From the NCBI GenBank assembly GCA_965644295.1, contig CBFFRP010000233.1, positions 1 to 45,119 of the forward strand: a DNA stretch of 45,119 nt. The letters run 5' to 3'. The notes below the pieces were generated by a model. That model ran no database searches and was not told where the DNA came from. It worked only from the letters and a program-made list of their open reading frames with translations. The stretch comes from Paraphysomonas bandaiensis (Eukaryota > Protista > Chrysophyceae). The position numbers and the translations under genes were made by a program. Shown piece after piece: positions 38,035 through 45,119 of this stretch (the first letter of the stretch is position 1; each line of letters starts with the position of its first letter).

Positions 38035-38611
38035 ATGTTAAGTTGTGCCAAAAGATTACGTAAAGAACTTGCTAATATTAAACAAAATGGAGATGATCAG
38101 ATTGAAATATTTTTGCGTGATGAGGTATGATGATATTTTGTATGTTATGGGAACATCATATGAATCCCTCAATAGGAAAACATTCGACTATGGACAGCTT
38201 TTATCAAAGGACCACCAGATACTCCCTATTTTGGATACAAATTTGAGTTGCGTATTGATGTAGGTGATGAATACCCGCTTGCTCCACCGTCTATCAAGTT
38301 TGTGACGAAATGCTTTCACCCAAATGTCCACTTTCAGGTAAAGTTCGATTGAGTTTGAAAAATCGCAGTGACTTATATTCCTTGATGGTTAGACTGGTGA
38401 AATCTGCTTGGATATTTTAAAAAGGGAGTGGTCTCCTGCGTGGAGTTTACAGTCCGCATGTAGGGCTATTATATCGCTTTTACAGGACCCTGCTGCTGAT
38501 AGTCCGCTCAACTGTGATGCAGGAAACATGATTCGTGCAAATGATATCAGAGCGTTTAATTCTGTGGCAAAAATGTATGCCGTTGAGTGTGCACCAGTTG
38601 CTACTACCTGA
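38035..38611 (+). CDS. PEX4: Peroxin-4, peroxisomal E2 ubiquitin-conjugating enzyme, 156 aa; exons 38035-38124, 38176-38337, 38393-38611
   Basis: E2 motifs KRLRKEL, KGPPDTPY, YPLAPP and FHPNVHFQ|TGEICLDILK (catalytic Cys). The following WSPAWSLQSACRAII..DSPLNCDAGN.IR..D.RAFNS.A.MY is characteristic of plant-type PEX4. Confidence 0.88.
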
Positions 38612-38867
38612 GATGACGACTTGTGTATGTATATAAATATCATTTTCTTCCAAAATATCTATTCTCTATTCCTGTCCTTAATTTCACTGCCAACACACTA
38701 GCGCGCTTTAGTTGAAATACTTTTGCAGTTAAAGTAACACGGCTATTGTCATATATGCACCATATATTTACTTTTCTAATACCTAATGTAGTGTTATTGC
38801 ACAAAAATCTTGTCTACGCTATTGGACAGTGCCACTTTTAGATCTACTAAATTTTCCATTTGTTCCT

Positions 38868-39004
38868 TGTTCCCACTAAACTAAAACTGGCGATTAAACC
38901 GTATTTAAATTTAGTAGAATCGAATAAAATTTGTAACTTAAAGTTAGGAGGAAGATATGGCACTTTTTAGTTTAGTAGGAACATCAGTAAATTTAGTGGG
39001 AACA
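38868..39004. repeat. Inverted-repeat (foldback/MITE-like) remnant
   Basis: TGTTCCCACTAAACTAAAA (38868-38886) pairs with 38965-38983 with 1 mismatch. Further TTTAGTGG(G)AACA copies lie at 38992-39004 and ~39958-39969. Confidence 0.55.
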
Positions 39005-39563
39005 TAAATATTTCCGCACTATTGGATTGCGTTCAGTTTTGCAAAAACTCTGATGTGGACGTAGTATACAATTTTATTTTCCTGAACTCATCACTAATAT
39101 AGCACGACGAGCCCGACACACTCCTCATGATACTCATGATACTGATGTTCTGCTGCAGCTCTACACTCTACAGTCCACTTAAATTATGCCGTTTGTGCCC
39201 TGAAAACCTTTTTTTTCTTCCTGAAAGCCAATACAGTCCTGCTGGAAGTCATTCAATGCTTTAGTGGAGAAGTGAAGGAAGATGAGCGCCATCACTCATA
39301 GCATATGAAGATCTCGAGATGCCCTGCAGATCATAGAGTGAGTTATACCCACAGTTTCATGGACCCCTCCTCCCCATATCACTCACAGGGGAGCCATCGC
39401 TATCTACTTCTAAGCTATATATAGGCTCGATATCATAGACGTACACCTGTGTTAAGTAGATATGTATATATGAGCTTATTGTTACGTTTGAATGTTTGTT
39501 TTGATGCTCTGTAAGCCACTAATATATTGTATGGTGTGAGATAGTATTAACGGATATAAGAAG

Positions 39564-39683
39564 GACTAGGTTGAATACAAAAATTGACTAGGTTAAGTCA
39601 TTTATTACTGTGACTAGGTTATTCCACCAAAAATAGCGTGACTAGGTAATTCAACCAATTGACTAGGTTGAATAATATTTCCC
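39564..39683. mobile_element. Putative DNA-transposon terminus with subterminal GACTAGGT repeats
   Basis: Five direct GACTAGGT(T) copies at 39564, 39586, 39612, 39640 and 39661, ending in AATAATATTTCCC. A related inverted partial copy lies at 13769-13809. Confidence 0.5.
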
Positions 39684-40672
39684 AATATATAAATATATAT
39701 TGAATGACAACTCTCAAAATGAACAGATTCTCATTGCTACGTAACTCGTCCACGCGCGCATTCGCAAAATCAGGGGCGACTATGACTTTTCTGTCAAAGT
39801 TGACATTAATTAGTAGTGCACTTCATCAAGGAAGCCAAAATATCACCATAGTACTCAATATATGGGGTCCCAATCCACCAAGTCAATCGATAAACTCTTA
39901 AATTCTGAACTCTATACAAGTCACACCAGCGCAAAATATTCTGCTAGATTATCCTAATTTAGTGGAACAGGGGTGAACATAGCGTGAGCAATAGAAGCTC
40001 TCTTGACTTGTCTACGGATAAGTGGTATATCCGAAAGGGGGAATAATCCGTCGTAGTCGACCAACATCCATGTTATACAGTTTGTAATATAGGATCACAT
40101 TACAAGCCTGTTCGTAATGAATATATGAATACGTGTGTTAATATGAGTATAAAGACTATCAGTGAGTGTCTCAACGTGTTGTGTTTGAATTCAATTCTAA
40201 ACTATGCACCACATACAATAAATATCAGAGACAATATGTCTGTTAGTGTTCAAAGGGTCAGGCCGGGATTACGTGCATGGAGTGGCAGCGTGTGTGATGA
40301 GTGTGGAGATGAACTGGTCATGATAGCAGCTACAGTGTATCTAGGAATTCCTAGCTAGATATCCAGATACTATCCCAGCCACCTTTTTTATTGTCCCAGT
40401 CTTTTTATTTGGTGGGAATATATTAAAAAATCACCCATTTTTAGTTGTTTGTAAAATATAGTGATATAAAAAGATAACAGAATTTAAAAAACCTGGATTT
40501 TTTGCTTAATTGACATATTTCTATGATAGCCGCCCAGCAGTTTGGGGGGTTGTTTATACAGCAGTATATGGTGTGGATGTGGTTCATAGCATGGTGGCTG
40601 GATTGAAGGTGGTTCTTATTGATAAGCAAGCAGTAAAGGATGCAAACTGCTCATAAGAACTAATATTTCAGT

Positions 40673-41650
40673 ATGTTTCAATCTTCAAAAACATTAAAAG
40701 TACTTTTGGAGATAACTGTTTTAGTAGTTGTCGTATCGAATTACTCTCCTGATATATCAGACTATGAGTTCGAGAAGATTGACGATGTCATACAATCTTT
40801 CAATTCATATCCCAATGAAGACATGTGGTCAACAGTACCTGAGGTTTCTGAATCTCATCCTTTAATATTTTTTCATCAACGAAAATCTGGTGGTACATCA
40901 ATCAGAGGATCTCTAATTAAAGCCGCTGAGAAAGCGAATATCTCATACTATATCCCCTGCTATGCTGGTGTAAGTTGTGACACTTATTCCATACCTACAA
41001 AGACACCGTTTCCTATATACGCTGGGCACTTTAGTTGGGATGTGCATTCCACCCTCGAAAGACTTCGTCAAAACGGGCGTCATCAGTTTTCTTGTGTAAC
41101 AAATTTTCGCGAGCCAGTCTCGAGACTAACCAGTTGCCTCTTTTTCAGATTCCATAAGGAATTGCATATGCATAAATGTGTTAATGACATACCAATATCT
41201 GTACTGTACAAGTTTTTGAACCAAGTTGATATGTTCGGTTCCTCGTGCCGCAACGAGCCCTTTAGAATTCTCAGTGGAAATCTGGACGAAGACCTGCTGG
41301 ACAATCTTCAAAATAGCCGCTTCGAAGACGGACGACGACGGTATCTCTTGCAGGAGCAGGCACTCGGAATATTTCACGCGACGCTCATGCATGTGAAGAA
41401 ATGTGCCCCCGTGGTGCTAGAGATCCCACAGAGCGTGGAGCTTGCTAATCGCCGGTTCCCCATGCTTGAATCACCCTTTGGGGGTGAGAAACTGCAGGTG
41501 AACCAGTTTCACCAGGGTTGCCCGAAGGCATCCGGAGCCCACCTTACAGCTCTCAGGAACATCTCTCAATTGGAGTCTCTGCTCTACAACGCGGTGTTCA
41601 ACAAAACGTGGACTCGGGTGCGGGAAGTGTTCGGGAGACGGCTTAGCTAG
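40673..41650 (+). CDS. Golgi-type sulfotransferase (Sulfotransfer_2 / galactose-3-O-sulfotransferase-like), 325 aa
   Basis: 5'-PSB motif LIFFHQRKSGGTS, 3'-PB motif VTNFREPVSRLTS, an N-terminal hydrophobic anchor and a C-terminal LESLLYNA helix. Confidence 0.85.
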   Translation: MFQSSKTLKVLLEITVLVVVVSNYSPDISDYEFEKIDDVIQSFNSYPNEDMWSTVPEVSESHPLIFFHQRKSGGTSIRGSLIKAAEKANISYYIPCYAGVSCDTYSIPTKTPFPIYAGHFSWDVHSTLERLRQNGRHQFSCVTNFREPVSRLTSCLFFRFHKELHMHKCVNDIPISVLYKFLNQVDMFGSSCRNEPFRILSGNLDEDLLDNLQNSRFEDGRRRYLLQEQALGIFHATLMHVKKCAPVVLEIPQSVELANRRFPMLESPFGGEKLQVNQFHQGCPKASGAHLTALRNISQLESLLYNAVFNKTWTRVREVFGRRLS

Positions 41651-42458
41651 CTCACTTGCCCGGCTGTCTTCAGTGCAGTGGCTGTGCGGTCTACCGATAG
41701 GTTCCGCCGGGGGAATACCATTAACTTCATTGTATCAGCTATATTAGTATCAGCTTTTGTTTTCTCAATTTGTTCTTTGAGCCGTAAATTCCTCGATTTA
41801 TCCATTATCACTCTTCTACTTTTTCATTCGAAATAGATTTGTAGAAGTAGTCCAAAGCGCTTATTAATTACTTAATTTTTGAAGTGAAGTCATTGATGTC
41901 ATTGGAAATGAGAAAATGGTAATAATTCAACTTGTCATCATATTTTTAAATGATACCTTCAAGATATATATTGATGTAAGAATATACAACGAATCTTTTT
42001 CTTGTCCTTGGTTAAGCAATTAAGAGTGGTCTCCACCTCTGTTGATACATTTTTTACTATGAACAGTGATAAATGTGCACACATACGTTAGAGTAGTAGT
42101 GTATGCTCCAGCTCTTCTTATCGTACAAACGACAAGGGAAGGAAATATGGAGTGTTTATGGAAAGAGCATGAAAATAGGGAAATATTAAAAGGTCCCAAT
42201 TACAAGTCCCGTCCGAACACAGGTTAGAAGTGTTACGACCACCGAATTTGTTAAAACATTTCGTAACAGTTGTGTGCCACATCCATCCAAGCTGTGGCAT
42301 CACAAGAGAAAGATCAATTTTGTGTTCGGAATTTTCAAAATTGTATTCTCTTATTCGCCATTTGATGACACCACCAGAACCTCTTGGCTTAAATATTGAT
42401 ACTTACCGTGATGAGAAGTGGTCAGTAGTTCTGTATTTCACTTGTCTGTAACATAGAA

Positions 42459-43830
42459 GTGGACCAAGCCATTGAGCGAATACTCACCGCGGGTTTATGG
42501 CACTGGCGCCTAACCGGGGAACGACGGCCGCATCGCACTAGCCCCCTGCTCACGGACTTCCAATCCCTCCGCAATCAAAGGACGCTGGAGGCCTACACTA
42601 CCCTCAGAGACCAACGCTACGGTCACAATCCCGACCGAGCACCTGGATATTGGACGGACAGTGGAGTACTACTTCCGCGCAAACTGGCACAAGCAGATGG
42701 TGGACCATCAAAGGACAAAGTTAGTTCCCACCTGCGACAGCGAGTACTCAATGCAGCACTGACATGGGACAAATCTTTCAGCATAGGAAGAAACCGGGCG
42801 AAAACCAAACACGGACTCGACCTGGCTAATAAAGCCGCATGTTCTGACTGTGGATTTCGACTAGACACACTCAAGCATATGTGTCTAGACTGTACAAATG
42901 ACGCCATAACGCAGATAAGGGAGTCTGCATTTCACAGCCACAAAAACGCGCTTCAAGAAGAACTGAGAAATCCGGTACTACCCCAATGGACCACCACGGT
43001 ACTACAGCGGCTCTCCAGCAGGGCCTGGAATCCCTCCGTTCCACAGGTGGAGAGATTCTGGACGGGTACCATCATCACAACTGCACAACTCGAGACGGTT
43101 TTTGGAGATCACATCCATAAGTCACTGACACCCCAAGGACTGCGCAGCATCGAATCAGCGGTCATCCGATTGCTTCTACCGCTTTTCGCTGCAGCAAAGC
43201 TAATGATCCAAGATCGAAGTAGACGATACGTTACCCTACAGAAAGGACCCCCTAGGCTACTACCGCGACTGCGTCCAAAACATAGACAGAAATGGAAACG
43301 CCCAAGGGTGCTAAGACTACTAGGAATCCACAGACGAACCGAGACTGGAACACCAATCATACGCATAGGACCATAGCACCTGACCGCACGAAACCAGCAG
43401 GCCCTAGACAGCGGCGACGCCATCTCCGGCAACTCCACCTATGCCTGATGCCCAGACGGTGCATCCACCACACCATCAACCTCTCAGCACACACATCTAG
43501 TGCTCGGTACACTCAGGACCTTAATGCAGAACCCTGTACCTCAGAGCCTGGCGGAACCTTATCCCAAGGGGAGACCCCCGGACAACACGCGCCAGTGAGT
43601 CCTAAGACACACGAGCAGGGCGAAACTCACAAACAACATTAAGAACGGAAGTGGTTGCACCTTGGTGCTTGCAGCGACGCACAAGCAGCTTCTGTAGCAC
43701 TAAATAGTAGGATAATAGAATTTGTGCTGATTAGTTATGGGTAGAGGTCTAACTAGTATGTCTAGCATTCAACTAGCCACTATATTGGAATGAGTTTTTA
43801 ACGCCTATTGCTAAATAAAAAGACTTTCAA
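42459..43830 (+). mobile_element. 5'-truncated non-LTR retrotransposon (LINE) 3' fragment
   Basis: Abrupt switch to A/C-rich, higher-GC sequence. The intronless 305-codon frame has no ATG start and carries the post-RT zinc finger CSDCGFRLDTLKHMCLDC (CxxC-x8-H-x4-C). It is followed by a UTR-like tail ending near AATAAAAAG. No RT domain or TSD found; the 3' boundary is approximate. Confidence 0.7.
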
Positions 43831-44197
43831 TAATAGCAAGACACATTTGAACAGAGCGTTAGCACCACACACATTTGCGTATCTTGTACAGTTTGGAATT
43901 ATTCAGTCTATTTGATATTTCATTGTATACATGTATTCACGCGTTAAGATATATACGTGAATCAATGAATCTAAATATTAGAAAATGGTGGCAAATTTCA
44001 GTGACAGTAAATATCAAAGACATGATATCACACCAAAGATAAAGGCAATAATTTGCCCCATTATGAGTGCTATATTATTAGAATTTACACAGGCAAAATC
44101 TGAAATGTTATATGTCACTTTCAACGAAGTTTTACATCCATAGTCTGACGGAGTGAGTTTGTGGCACACATTGTGACAACAGACAGACTGGTTTCCA

Positions 44198-44785
44198 TTA
44201 TGAATGAATTCGACGGGCTTCGTTAAGTTGCGAAGTGGTTATCCCCAAATGCGATGCCAATATCATTCGGCGTTTCAATGAATTGTGGCCTTGTTCATTA
44301 TCGTCTTCATCCGTTTCATAGGCGGGATCATACTCACGAATCAACTGTCTTGAGCGTTTACAAGACCAAGTATGGGTTTGACCGTTCGGTAAGGTTTCGT
44401 TTCCGGCAAATGCAAGTTGTGCCAAACATTTTGGTAACTCTGATGTCGGGAGACGACCACTATCTAAGCACACAGGAGTTAAAACATCGTAAGGATTCGC
44501 CCTGGAGTTTTTAAATCTTGCATTAGACTGTGAAAATTGATGAGAAAGAGTATCAACACCATTTTCGAGAGTGTCAAGTCGATTATCAATAGAGTCAAGT
44601 CGATTATCAATAGAGTCAAGTCGATTCTCAATAGAGTCAAGTCGTTTCTCAATTGTGTCAAATCGATTATCCATAGTGTCAAGTCGTTTCTCAATTGTGT
44701 CAAATCGATTATTAATGGAAGCAAATCCACTCGCTACAATCATTTTCAATTCCTCAAATTGGGCAAGAATTTCTTGATTTGACAT
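44198..44785 (-). CDS. Intronless hypothetical protein with seven heptad repeats (R-L/F-D-x-I-D/E-N) and a small globular C-terminal domain, 195 aa
   Basis: Clean ATG-to-TAA ORF. A 21-bp tandem array at 44573-44716 encodes a coiled coil, and the C-terminus reads ARFKNSRANPYDVLTPV..G.LP..LP ... LASHLGI. Confidence 0.75.
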   Translation of the reverse strand: MSNQEILAQFEELKMIVASGFASINNRFDTIEKRLDTMDNRFDTIEKRLDSIENRLDSIDNRLDSIDNRLDTLENGVDTLSHQFSQSNARFKNSRANPYDVLTPVCLDSGRLPTSELPKCLAQLAFAGNETLPNGQTHTWSCKRSRQLIREYDPAYETDEDDNEQGHNSLKRRMILASHLGITTSQLNEARRIHS

Positions 44786-45009
44786 GTTTGTTTATTACAA
44801 TTCAAATAGTTTCACTCTTTAATTATTGCGACTCACACACAGGATTATAGTGACTGCTGTCGGCCTACAGCAGCATCAAGCAGCTGTATATACTGTATAC
44901 TGTAGCTCATGTCCAGACGTCTGGTAGATCTCAACGGCTAAATAATTCGTTCCAAGTACCTACTACAAATGTGATATACATGTCACGGAATACCGGTATA
45001 CATGTATAT

Positions 45010-45119
45010 ATGTATGGATGGATGTATGTATGTATGTATGTATGTATGTATGTATGTATGTATGTATGTATGTATGTATGTATGTATGTATGTATGTATG
45101 TATGTATGTACGTATACAT
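45010..45119. repeat. (ATGT)n microsatellite near the window end
   Basis: Directly visible; same family as 34181-34635 on the opposite strand. Confidence 0.97.

Noticed and set aside
3469-38611. Apparent membrane-contact/peroxisome cluster (VPS13-DysF, VHS, MSP, SelM, PEX4)
   Set aside because: Mixed orientations, unrelated intervening genes and a eukaryotic genome; co-location is most likely chance.
39564-39669. CRISPR-like or iteron-like spaced repeats
   Set aside because: Repeats are only 8-9 bp with irregular 12-19-nt gaps, there are no cas or rep genes, and the context is eukaryotic.
13769-39683. Single 26-kb giant transposon bounded by the inverted ends
   Set aside because: No TSD (flanks ATACTCTCT vs AATATATAA), no transposase inside, and the cargo is ordinary intron-containing host genes.
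42399-42408. ATACTTACC resembling the U1 snRNA 5' end
   Set aside because: No U1 stem-loops or Sm site follow; equally explained as a minus-strand GGTAAGT donor-like sequence.

Overview
Gene-dense eukaryotic nuclear DNA (standard code; GT-AG introns mostly 44-56 nt). A flagellated protist, probably a stramenopile, is inferred from intron size, gene content and TEX9. After manual splicing I find 13 protein-coding genes: an FG-GAP beta-propeller membrane protein, a 3333-aa VPS13, a VHS protein, a large ARM-repeat protein, an orphan coiled-coil protein, a pseudouridine glycosidase-kinase fusion, TEX9, an MSP-domain/pseudo-kinesin fusion, a SelM-type selenoprotein, a DOT1-like methyltransferase, PEX4, a sulfotransferase and a heptad-repeat protein. 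The selenoprotein is missed by the ORF track; it has an in-frame UGA in CxxU and a SECIS in its 3' UTR. Mobile and repetitive DNA includes a 122-bp hAT-type MITE with an 8-bp TSD, a 5'-truncated LINE 3' fragment, DNA-transposon-like end remnants and (TACA)n microsatellites. The most interesting items are the hidden selenoprotein with its SECIS, the MSP-pseudokinesin architecture, extra modules inserted in VPS13, and an unexplained three-stem structure at 42212-42330. No database searches were run; family calls come from motif recognition.
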